Shown: piece after piece, positions 50,342-61,271 of the stretch
Layout: each line of letters starts with the position of its first letter
How positions within the stretch are numbered: position 1 is the first letter of the stretch
NCBI GenBank assembly: GCA_965112735.1
Contig: OZ218951.1
Coordinates: 744,001-808,000, forward strand
Direction: 5' to 3'
Length of the DNA: 64,000 nt
Source: Phaeosaccion multiseriatum
Taxonomy: Eukaryota; Protista; Ochrophyta, other classes
Translations under genes and position numbers: made by a program
The notes under the pieces: model-generated
Databases searched by the model: none
What the model was told of the DNA's origin: nothing
Seen by the model: only the letters and a program-made list of their open reading frames with translations

Positions 50342-52104
50342 TCACAGCCTGCTCCTGGCGGGCGTGTCGCGGAACTGGGCCTCTGTGACTCCGTCTCCCA
50401 TGGCCGAGGTCGATGCCAGGCCTCCCGTTACAGTGCCCACCTGATGGTCCGGTGACGAGGGAGTGGGTGAGTGGGTGAGTGAGTGAGTGAATGAGTGCCT
50501 GGGTGAGTGAGTGAGTGAGTGAGTGAGTAAGTATGGGGGGAGTGATTGGGTGAGTGAGTGAGCGAGTGAGTGAGTGAGTGAGTGAGGTTACGTGACTGAG
50601 TGAGAGAGTGCTTTAAGTGATTGAGTAAGTGAGTAAGTGAGTGCGTGAGCTAATTACATACCTGATGGTCCAGCAGCTCGGCACCGGACCACTTCTGGTG
50701 CGTCAGGAGGTCCACCTATCAGAGTATGATAGGACACAAGGGAGGGCAGAAGCAAGAAGAGGAGGTGAGGGGGGTTGCTTGGGGCTGCGAGGCCGAGAGA
50801 GAGGCGCGAGAAGCAAGAGAGGGCGCGGCGTCCTTCACGACCATTGGGAGGGGCTGACTGCGGACACTCCTCGTCCTTCTCTGAGTGAATGCCATTGAAT
50901 GCCAGCTAAGCCTATGCACGTGTGAGTGGGCACCCTGCCCGTATGCCTATATGCCTCTCACCTGCTCCTCCCTCTCCTTGCGCTGCACCAGCTCGACATA
51001 CTTGATCATACCGTGCTTGCCGTACTCACGCGCCAGGCGGGAGATGATCAGCCCTGGGGGGGGGGAGGGGGGGAGGGAAGGACGAGGAGCAGGACCAGTT
51101 GTTAGGATCGAAGGTGAGGTAGGAGCTGCAAGGAGTGTAAGGCGCGCTGCTTGAATTGGAAGTTTGTATGTTCTGTCATCCTCTTATGCATATCAGACAC
51201 TTGCATCCGTGTGAACGCACCATTGCTATGGAAGCCGGCCAGCGTGATGAACTGCCATACGAAGCCCAGGCTGCCGAGCTCTCTGTTAAACGAAGCCATG
51301 GCGGCCTCCGACAGGCCCGCGCTATCCCAGTTGAAGCTGAGCACGCACACATGCACACAACACGGCAAACAGGCAGAGGTTGAGAAACGACGTTGAACAA
51401 ATGCAGGAACTTAACTTCTCCAGCCAATTGCTTGTCGGAGGTGAGAAGCGGACAAGCACAGCAACGGAGTATTCCTTCTCTCCATCCCCTCTTCCACTTG
51501 CTCCTTCCCTTCTTCCTCCTTCTTCCCTTCTATCCCCTTGTCGTCGCTCGCGGCCCCTCAACTGACCTGGGACTGAGGTTGTAAGCAAGGAGCTTGTCAG
51601 GGAACGCCGCCTTGATACCCTCCGAGAAGCGTCGAGCCTCCGCGATGTTGGGCCTGCCGACAAGCAAGTGGAAGGCAGTCCATGGTGGTGGATGGCAGGA
51701 GGGGGGTTTGGGGAGGGAAGCGCGGGACAGGGGCGGGGGTGAGTCCAGGAGTAAAGCTGGTCGCATCCACGCACACGAACGGAAATTGAAAAGCGCGCTT
51801 CACAATACATACACACCGAAAGCACTTTCCAAACTACAGTCTGGCCCCAATATCACCCCCCCCAAGCCCGACTCCCAACCACCCCCCCCCCCCCAAGTGC
51901 ACTTACTTGGCCGTCTCCATCCAGAGCATGTCGCAGCTGCGGGCGTAGGCCCTGCCCCGAGCAATGCAGTAGTCCACCCCGCCCTTGATGCGGTAGTAGC
52001 CCTCACGGCTGCGTGGCGCCTCCCAATCGAAGTAGGGCACATTGGCCTCCCCCTTCAGGAGAACGGCGGCAAGAGAGCGCATGCCCCCCAGCCTGCGTGT
52101 AGGG

Positions 52105-52185
<81 letters not shown>

Positions 52186-52432
52186 CGCGGGCGAGCGTAG
52201 GTCGTTCCTCTCAGTGTCGAGAAACCAGAATAGAGTTCGAAATGACATGGGCCTACATAGGCCTACATAGACCTCTATAGGTCTACCTACCCGAGGTTGT
52301 AGGCCTCGTTACCCCAGCGCTGCAGGGCGGCCCGCTTGTCCCGTGCGGAGAGGGAGGGGCTGGATCGGATAGCGGCGGCCACCACCTCGGGGAAGCGCAT
52401 GAGGCCGGCGTCAGCCATCCACTCCTGCGGTG

Positions 52433-52466
<34 letters not shown>

Positions 52467-54870
52467 AACAGAAGAGACAGTGCGGTGGGGAGTAGGAGAG
52501 AGCGTAAGCGACTGAACAGCAAGCACAAGCGCATAAGGCAGCTGGCAGAGACAGGAACCCATCGACAGGCACTCGTCTCTCCCATCCACTGCCATCGCCC
52601 ACCCCCCACCCCCCCCCTGTTCCATCCTCACCTTGGTCGTGATCTCAATCTCCTTCCCACTGGCGCCTTGGAGAACCACCTCTTTCAGCACCTCGTTGAA
52701 GGGCCTGGTGCCTGGTACCGTGGCTCCGAGGATGAAGGGGTGGTCACGGCAGTCCACGTTATTGTCCAGCAGAGAGGCGGCTTCGGCGTCCGTGCGGGCG
52801 ACAATGATGGTGTTCGTGCCCATTATGTCGGCCTATGGGTATGGGAATCGAAATGAGTATAGGGAGGATGGGAGGGAGAGGGGGAGGGAGAGGGGGAGGG
52901 AGAGGGGGAGGGAGGGAGATGGGTGAATGGGTAGGTAGGTAGGTAGGTGGGTAGGTAGGTAGGTAGGTAGGCAGGTAGGTAGGTGGGTAGATACGTAGGT
53001 AGTTAAGGAGGTAGGTGGGTACGTAGGTAGACCAAAAAAAAGTAGAGTAGGAAGGAGAGAGGTGGGCAGGCAGGTGAGGAGGCAAACCCACCCACGACCC
53101 AACTCACCTGCAGACGGACAGCGACGAGGCGATCCACGTGCTCCTGCGTGCTGACGAGCACCTTCCCGCCCATATGCCCGCACTTCTTGGTGCCTGGCTT
53201 CTGATCTTCCAGGTGCAAGCCCGCCGCGCCGCTCTCGATCATGAGCTGCCGGCAGGGCAGGCAGGGCAGGCAGGGAGAAGGGGTGTTGGTGTTGATTGAA
53301 GGGGGGCGGTGTGTAGTTGGATTGCACGGAGCGGCGGGGGGGAGAGGGGGGGCGAGGGGAGATGGGTGACTTTGACTGACTCTGATATTCATCGCCTGGC
53401 GCCTTCGCTCCCCCGTTTGCACCCATGCCGTAGCTATGTATGTATTGGTATTGCAGCAGGTAAGACACGCTCCTTGCTCAGATAGACACCCCCTCCCCCT
53501 CTCACCTTGGTCAGCTTCATGCAGGAGGTGAGCCCCCCGTGGCCGGTGTCTCCGTCTGCGATGATGGGGCGCAAGAAGTCAACCGCGGGAGGGGCGAGGG
53601 AAAGCTCCGTTGAGCTCATGCGGTGCCGATCCTCGTTCTGCGCGTGTGTGTGTGCGTTTGTGTGTGTGTGTGAGTTTGTGAGTGAGTGTGAGTGTGTGTG
53701 TGAGTGTGAGTGTGTGTGCGAGTGTGTGCGCGTGTGTATGTTGTGTGTGTTTGGGTAACGTATGTGCGCATTGGGGTGGGAGGCATGTGCGAGTGTGAGG
53801 AGGACAGGGAACGACATTGCGTAGTTGGAAGAGGATGGTAGGGAACGAGTGCATGTGTGCGTGTGCGTGTGTGTGTGTGCGTGTGAGTAGTGCGATGATG
53901 CCTGGGGATCGTGCCAAGCCAAGGACAAGGAGCCCAATGACTTGAGCGTGAAAGCATAGGTCTTGACTTGGTATTCCAGTTCCGCACTCACGCACACTCA
54001 CACACGCACACACACCTGCCGACGATCGTGATGAAGCTGGGCGCGGAAGAGCTGGTCCACCTTCCTGGGAACTGCATGGCAAGAGATGAGACAGAGAGAG
54101 GGCGATAAGGTGAGAGGGGCAGATAGAAAAGAAGCCAGCGGGAAAGAAGTGAAGAGCCAACTCGCCCACCTGTGTCCATGGGGTAGTCCGCGAAGTCCGG
54201 ACCCGGCTCGTTGGTGCTGCTCGCTGTGCTGGAGCACTGCCACCCGGACACATACACGGTCTCCAGGTGGGGGGCCATCTCGATCACCTTCAGAGTCCGA
54301 CCGGAGTGTGTGAATGCGTGCGTGTGTGTTTGTGTGTGTGAGTGAGCGAGTGGGGTGGTGGGTAGGGCCACAAGCATTGTCATCAGCAGCAACAGCGGTA
54401 GCAGCGATGCCGTACCTGCACAGGGTCGAGGGCGCCGAAGGTGTGCGAGAAGCCTGCGGAAGCCTTCTTCTGCTGCAGCACATCCCAAAGCTTCTGTGCC
54501 ATGACGTTGGAGGCGTAGCTCTGCTTCAAGGTGCCGCGCAGGGCCACACAGTCCTCGGGGGTGTAGGGCCTATGGCGGTGACCAGTAAGAAGAGGAAAGA
54601 AGGGAAGGACAGTGCCAAGAACAGGACGGCACGGTGAAGTGAGGTGAGATGATAGAGGAAAGGAATTACAGGGGAAGCACTGGTAAACTTACAGTAGCCC
54701 CCTCCCCCCGGCTGCAGAGTTCTTACTAACGCTCCACCATGAGAACTTTCCGCAAGCAACAAAGCAGCCAAACACAGACCGTTCGCCCCTCAGACTGACC
54801 TGCAGATTCCCTCGAAGCGAGGGGTTTGCCACCAGGCGCTAACCTCGGCCACCTCTTGGGCGAAGGACAT
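50342..54870 (-). CDS. ICL: Isocitrate lyase (eukaryotic long form) with PTS1 -SRL; ~14 exons; in-frame upstream ATG at 54954
   Basis: [113 protein letters not shown], ...[14 protein letters not shown]. Confidence 0.97.
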
Positions 54871-56257
54871 CGACAGGGGTAGGGGCTGAGACTCGGAACG
54901 CTTACCGAGCCCCAATCCGAGGGCACGCTGCCCAAACACAGGCGGAGTCGGCATGGTGATACTGTTGTTGTTGCTGCTACTGCTGCTGCTAGTCTTGACA
55001 AGCGTACTCTCCGTTTGCCTTAATGTTGCGCCGCTGAGGGGAAGAAAAGAGTGAGCGGAGGGGAAAGAACGTCGTTGGATGGCCGAGAACAGGTTGAAGT
55101 GGTGCCGTAGAGAGCTCACCCGCAGGGGGGAGAGGAAGAGGAGAGCCAGAGGGAAGAGAGAGGGGCGGGAGAGGGAAAGACAAGCCTACACACAAGGGAC
55201 CAGCCACTGACCAACCAAAGCACTTCTCTTCCTCTTCTCTTCGCCTCCGCCACCCAACTCCACTTGTTTTTGATTGAAAGAGCGTTTATTATGACATTCC
55301 CCTCGCTTTTCTCCCCCCCGTCTTACGTCCCCTTCCTTCCGTGTCTGCACCCTCCCTCAACATAAGCACTTACGTTGCCTTCCAAGTTCTGTCGTTTGCC
55401 AAGCTCTGCGCTCGGAGAGGAGACTCAGAGATGTTTTTTGTGGAGGGGAGCTGTGACTGGTTGAAGTAGGGGTCCAACAAACTGAAACTGAATCCGAACC
55501 TGAAACTCATTTTGGTCCTCAACCTTCTTGTCAAATATAAATATAGAAGGGGCAAGCGTAGTACATGGGTAATTTACCCAGAGCCAGGCCGTGCAATCTG
55601 CACCTCCTGACATACGCTCGACGCCTGATGTACTGTGGACCTACTCTTCGGTAGCATGCCATCGGCTGCCGGCGGTGGCAGGTGGCAGGTCAGGGGCCGA
55701 ACACGCAACAACATGGAATGACAGGTCTTTTACCCTCCTTGCCTGTCTTCTCTTCAATCCGAGTGTCTGCGTCACCTCCACAGCTGGCAAACAAAATCAA
55801 AGGGGTGCTTGTGGTGGCACGGCAGAAGTGGTCTGACTGAGTTCGCGGTCCAGTGCCCCAGTGCCGCAGCCACACACCGTGACGCGGCAGCGGCGCTGGG
55901 CCTCGACCACCATTCAGACCACACTGCTGTGCCCCTTGCTCCTCCTCGTCTCCGCTGGTCCTCCCGTCTCTCTCTCTCTCTCTCTCTGTGTGTGTGCGTG
56001 CGTGTGTGTGTGTGTGTACGTGTGTGTGTGCGCGCGCATCTCATCTATCTTCAGGAAGCGGCCGCGTTCGCGTTCTCCTCCTTCTTTGCATCGGCCCCTT
56101 CATGCGTACTTTCCAGCCCCCGTTAGCTTTTTATAGCTTGTAATCTTGCCTCCTTCCCTTCCTTTAGCTTCGCATAGCTTGTCCTTACGTACAATGCTCG
56201 AGTACGCGTGTGTGTGTCCCAAACGCCATCAAATGCCATCACCAAGGCTGTCCCCCA

Positions 56258-57091
56258 TCACCTGCGATCCAATGGATTTTCTGTGGGCCCGCCCAGAGGA
56301 TTCTTCTCGAGGTTGACAGTCCACGAGTCGGAGCTGTGTGCGGGGAGAAAGGGGGGGGCGGGGGGGCCAGGTGGAGACACACAGGAGGTGACGAGCTGTC
56401 AGACCTTGCGGAATAAGCAGATAAAGATAGGAAGAAAGTGGGAAAGAAATCGAAGAGCAGGAGCGAGGGGGTAACTGGTGTGGACAGTCGATCTCTTCCT
56501 CGCACCCACTCGGATCAAGAGGGAGGGCCTGTGGAGAGGGACCGGGAAAAAAATGGGACGAGAATCGAACAGAAGGAGCGAGGGGGTTACTTGTAGTGTG
56601 GACTTACTCGGGATCAAGGGTTGTGTAGACCTGCAGCTGCTCCAGCCCTCTCAATGCTATTTGTCTCGCCTCGTCGATCTTGGCGGGGTCTGTCAGAGTT
56701 GCTTTCTCACGCCACTGTGCCCCGTGCACCGGACCGGCGGTAGGCAGAAAGGGCATGCGGACGCGAGGATTGAGGGGGGGGCTGTACGAGTTAGACGCCA
56801 GACCAAGGGAAAGGGGCGGAGATGCAGGCAGAAATTGAAGAGCGCCTCCTTTGCCTTCTGCGGCGGGCGGGTTGGTTTGATGCCCAGCCCCGTCTGCGTC
56901 TACCCTCTACCTGACTCTCTACATCTCTGCCTGCCTCGCTATGTTTCCCCTCACCTCCCCTCTTCCTCTCCGCCCCCACCCACCTCGGTCCGAATCTCCT
57001 GGAACAGAGCGTCTCTGTTGATGGAGGGGAAGACCTTGGCATTCCGCAAGATCTGCTTGTACAGCATTAGCAGCTTCTGTCGGTCGCCCAT
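56258..57091 (-). CDS. LYR-motif (Complex1_LYR) mitochondrial protein, ~96 aa; exons 57091-56984, 56714-56608, 56333-56258
   Basis: LLMLYKQILRNAKVFPSINRDALFQEIRTEWREKATLTDPAKI...GLEQLQVYTTLDPDSDSWTVNLEKNPL. Confidence 0.85.
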
Positions 57092-57586
57092 GACGACACA
57101 AGCGGAGAAGGGCGGGAGAATAAGGAGCAGCTGGAGGAGGATACAGCTGGAGGAGACGATGTAGGCAGAGGGATATGTATGTAGGCACAAGAGGAGGATC
57201 GGAGAAGGAAGCGAAAGAGTTGGTGGGCCGAACTTACAGATGGCGTACGGGACATCGATCTCTCGCCCCTTCCCTCCCTCCATCCCCTCCACTCTTGGCA
57301 GGGTTTCTTGTTAGGTCATCGCAAGCAAACGCAGTATGAAGAAGGATTAAGGAAACTTACCCAAGAGAGAAGTGGGTTTTTTTCTGGCTTATAACGCTCT
57401 TTGTCTTCCTCCTTTCCTTTCTCTCTCTCCACCCTCCCATTTCGTTGAGAGCGCTTTGGCTCGGCCAGAGGACGAGGGCAGGGTCCACGAGGAGCAGGCG
57501 AGTCCTCGCTTTGGTGCAGAGGCCGAGAGAAGGGTCAGCGAGGAGGAAGCAATCCCATGGGGAGGGGGGCGAGGAGAAGAGTGGCC

Positions 57587-59452
57587 ATGGCCTGGTGCCC
57601 CTGCAGACCCCTTCTGCTTCTCCCCCTGGTGGTGGGCCTGGTGTCTGCCTTTGTGACATCGCCCCTTCATCCTCCTCATTCTTGCTCTTCTTCTCTTACG
57701 GCTCGTATCGCTGGGCTCAAGCGATCTCTCCCAAAAAGGGGGTTGGAAGGGACCTTTGGAGAGGCATCGGGGGGGCAAAGTGCTGCTCTTCGTGGCCACC
57801 AACGGCATCAAAATCAGCACCGTCTTTTCCACCACCAGTATCAGCAGCAGGAGCTGCAGGAGCAGCAGCAGCAGCAGCAGCAGCAGGGGCGGCGGCGGCG
57901 GCGTGATGGCTGCCACTTTACCTCTGGCCGATTCTCCCACGCGCTGGGGTCAGTGGCGTCGGCGTCGTCTGCAACGCGTACGGTAGTTGAGCCAGCTCAG
58001 CCGTCTTTTTCATCCTCTTTTCCGGCTTCTTCACGCCCCCCTTCCGTGAGTGCTGTCGCCGGAGCTCCTTCGAAGCTGGAGGCAAGATCCCTACTCTCTC
58101 TGAGTTTCGACGAGCTGTCAGAGGTGCTGGAAGGCAGTGGAAGGGCTGCCATGGTGTGGGCGGCCCTGGAGAAGGGCTTTGACCCCCTCTTGGGCGAGGG
58201 AGGGGTAGTAGGGACAGCCGAGGAGGGCACAGCAGGCGGCGGTGGAGAGCAGGGCAAAGGCAAAGGCAAAGGCAAGGGCAAGGGCATGGTCGTGAAGGGC
58301 GGCATCACCGACAGAACCATGGCCCAACTACATGACTCCTTCCACGGCTTGAGCCTACCGTGGTCGCTCGTCAAGGAGACAGTGAGCCCGTGCGGCACAC
58401 GCAAGCTCCTCATCAAGATGGAGGACGGGCTGGAGGTGGAGACGGTGCTCATCCCCTCTCTGACCGAGTCCAGGACCACCCTCTGCGTGTCGAGCCAGGT
58501 CGGGTGTGTGCAGGGCTGTCGGTTCTGCATGACAGGCACTATGGGGCTTCTGCGTGACCTCACGGCGGAGGAGATCCTTGCTCAGGTCTGGTACGCCAAG
58601 CGGGCCTGGCGTTTCGCAGCCCAAGAAGCAGCAGAAGCAGCAGCAGCAGTTGGTGATTCAGGGGGAGGAGGAGTTGGTGATATAGATACAGGACGAGGAG
58701 CGGCAGCCACACCAATGCCCATGCCAATGCCAGAGCTGAGGAACATTGTGTTTATGGGCATGGGTGAGCCGCTCAACAACGTCCACTCGGTCAAGCACGC
58801 ATTGCGGCAGCTTACCCACAACAAAATGTTTGGCTTTGCCCCTGCACACATTGCCGTGAGTACGGTGGGGCCCTCCCCGGAGGCCATCCTTGAAATGAGG
58901 GACATGCCCGCCCGGCTGGCGTGGTCGGTGCACGCTGGGACGGACGAGGTGCGCAAGGCGCTGGTGCCCACGACAAGGCACAGCATGGTCGAGCTGCGGG
59001 ACGCGTTTTCAGAGGTGCTGAAGAGAGGAGGAGGAGGTGGAGAGGGAGACGCAGGAGCGGGAGCAGGGGGGGGAGAGGAAGCAACAGGGCGAAGCGCCTC
59101 AGCGGGGAATCTCTTTGTGGAGGCGACCTTGATCGACGGGGTAAACGACACGCCCGAGCTTGCCCTGGCGATGGCAGAGCTGTTGGCCCCTCTGCCGGGC
59201 AAGACAAAGATCAACTTGCTGCCCTATAATGACATTGGGGTGGCGGGCTTCAAGCCTTCTCCGGCGGCGAATGTGGAGGCGTTTCAGAAAGTGTTGAGGG
59301 AGCAGGGGTTCACGGCAACGGTTCGGGTGGCGAGGGGGGACGAGGAGAGCTCAGCGTGTGGCATGTTGGCCACGGCGAGTAAGAAGGACAAGAAGAGAGA
59401 GAAGCAGCAGCAGCAGCAGCAGCAGCAGCAGTTGGTGATACAGCAGCAATAG
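57587..59452 (+). CDS. rlmN: Radical SAM dual-specificity RNA methyltransferase RlmN, plastid-targeted, intronless
   Basis: GTRKLL, VETVLIP, TLCVSSQVGCVQGCRFC (CxxxCxxC), NIVFMGMGEP, STVG, LAWSVHA, GVND, INLLPYN, SACGML. Signal peptide ends in VSA-F. Confidence 0.93.
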   Translation: MAWCPCRPLLLLPLVVGLVSAFVTSPLHPPHSCSSSLTARIAGLKRSLPKRGLEGTFGEASGGQSAALRGHQRHQNQHRLFHHQYQQQELQEQQQQQQQQGRRRRRDGCHFTSGRFSHALGSVASASSATRTVVEPAQPSFSSSFPASSRPPSVSAVAGAPSKLEARSLLSLSFDELSEVLEGSGRAAMVWAALEKGFDPLLGEGGVVGTAEEGTAGGGGEQGKGKGKGKGKGMVVKGGITDRTMAQLHDSFHGLSLPWSLVKETVSPCGTRKLLIKMEDGLEVETVLIPSLTESRTTLCVSSQVGCVQGCRFCMTGTMGLLRDLTAEEILAQVWYAKRAWRFAAQEAAEAAAAVGDSGGGGVGDIDTGRGAAATPMPMPMPELRNIVFMGMGEPLNNVHSVKHALRQLTHNKMFGFAPAHIAVSTVGPSPEAILEMRDMPARLAWSVHAGTDEVRKALVPTTRHSMVELRDAFSEVLKRGGGGGEGDAGAGAGGGEEATGRSASAGNLFVEATLIDGVNDTPELALAMAELLAPLPGKTKINLLPYNDIGVAGFKPSPAANVEAFQKVLREQGFTATVRVARGDEESSACGMLATASKKDKKREKQQQQQQQQQLVIQQQ

Positions 59453-60076
59453 TGACAATGATGTAGCAAAAGGACAGGGGAGGAGGAAGAGCAAGCGCAA
59501 TGGCAAGAACCAAAGGGAAAAAAAAAAAAGCAGAAGAGTTACAATGCAATGAGTAGAGAAACAACGAGCCCAGGGCTGTAGTCACTCTCCGTCGACGGAG
59601 ATGTACCGTAGTCCTCCAAGAGGTCAAGCTGGTCCAACAAACACCAACCAAGGCAGATTGCTGCCCTCCTCGCCCATCAACGCCCTCGGTGCCTCTTCCT
59701 CTGTCTCGCCATCGTAACGGTTAGAGCAAATCAGTGGAACGGGAGTGTGTGCCCAAGTCTTTTCTTTTAAAACTAATTGAAGTCGTGTTGACATGTATCT
59801 TGCATATATATATATATACGGATCTGGTTGACTTTGTGTGTGTGTGTATGCGTGCGTGCGAAGGTCTCGGTGTGTGGGCTCTCTCCACCACCAAGCCCCC
59901 CCCCACGCGCTGTTCACCAAAGCGAGAGCCAAAGCCAGCGCCCTTCCCTCCCTGCCCCACTGCTGCCCAATGCAGGGAGTGAAGCAATCGCCACAGGGCA
60001 TGATTTTCACTCCCCTCTCTGCTTCCCTTCCCCCCCTCTCCTCCACCTCCGCCAACATACCACTCCCCAGCAACTC

Positions 60077-61236
60077 TTAAGCGCCCGAGAACTGTCCTGG
60101 CCCGGGCGGGGCATCCAACGGAGAGACAACTGTAACTGGAGTACTTACTCCGCCCCCATCCCCTCCAGCTTCCTCCGGCTCCTCCTCCTCCTCCTCCCCG
60201 CCCCCTCCACTTTCTTCCCCATCCTTATGCTTCCCGACCCCCCGGGGGCGCGCATGGGCGTCCCTTGTTGGCGACGACGCGGACTCCATGTCTTGGTAGT
60301 ACAGGGGCGACACAAGACTGGCGCTACTCCTGCTGCTGCTGATGTGCTCAAAGATGCGCGCCCCTTCCCTCTTGAAGAGCCGTCCGGTGCCATCCAGGGC
60401 GGAGATGAAACCGTTCTTGGTGTTCTGATTGGCACCCCTGCCCCCCGTGCGAGGGAACCACGTGGCATCCGAGCCCACATCCGAGACAAAGCACAAGATC
60501 TTGAATCTCGACTTGCGGAAATGCTCAAACGCTGCCCTCTCCTCCAGTGTGAGCACTCCACCTCCGTCCACCGGTGCATGCCCACGATCCTGCCCACTAC
60601 TCATCCCACCGCTCTCCGCGCCGGCCTGACTGCTGCCGCTGCTGCCCCCTACCCCTCCTCCTCCTCGGCCTCGCTGCCACCTTCCTCTTCCTCCTCGGGC
60701 TCCTCCTCCGCCTTGCACCCCCTCTCCTCCTCCTCCTCCTTCTCCTCCTCCCACCCCCACTCCAGCCTCTTCTGCGATCGCCTCCGCCGCAGCAGCTGCA
60801 GCTTCTCGGATCTTCACCTTCACCAACAATGTCAGGCCATAGCTATGCCCCACTCCCTCCGAGGAGGAGAGGGAGACTCCCGCTTTCTTCTTCCTCTCTC
60901 TAAAGGAGACGGGTCCGCCCACCTCCACCCCCAAGTCCGTCAAGCCCGAGTCCGCCCGGAGGTTGGCCATGCTTAGACTGCCATCCCCATCCTCCCCAAG
61001 GAGGCCTCGGAGCTGCTCCTCTTCCTCCTCGTCCTCATCTTCATCGTCCAAGTTGTCGTATATGCTGCTTCGGAGACCCGTTCCCGGTTGTGTATCACCA
61101 ACTGCTGCAGGGCCGATGCCGCCTCCTTCTCCCCCTCCCGACAGGCTGCCGCGGGTGGCTGCAGACGCCGCAGACGAAGATGCCGCGACGATGCTGCTTC
61201 GAATCGTGTTGACAAGGCTGCCTCTCCTCAGCCTCC

Positions 61237-61271
<35 letters not shown>

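Noticed and set aside
56040-56200. Possible extra LYR exon
   Set aside because: Exon 3 already ends in an in-frame TGA at 56258, so no further exon is needed.
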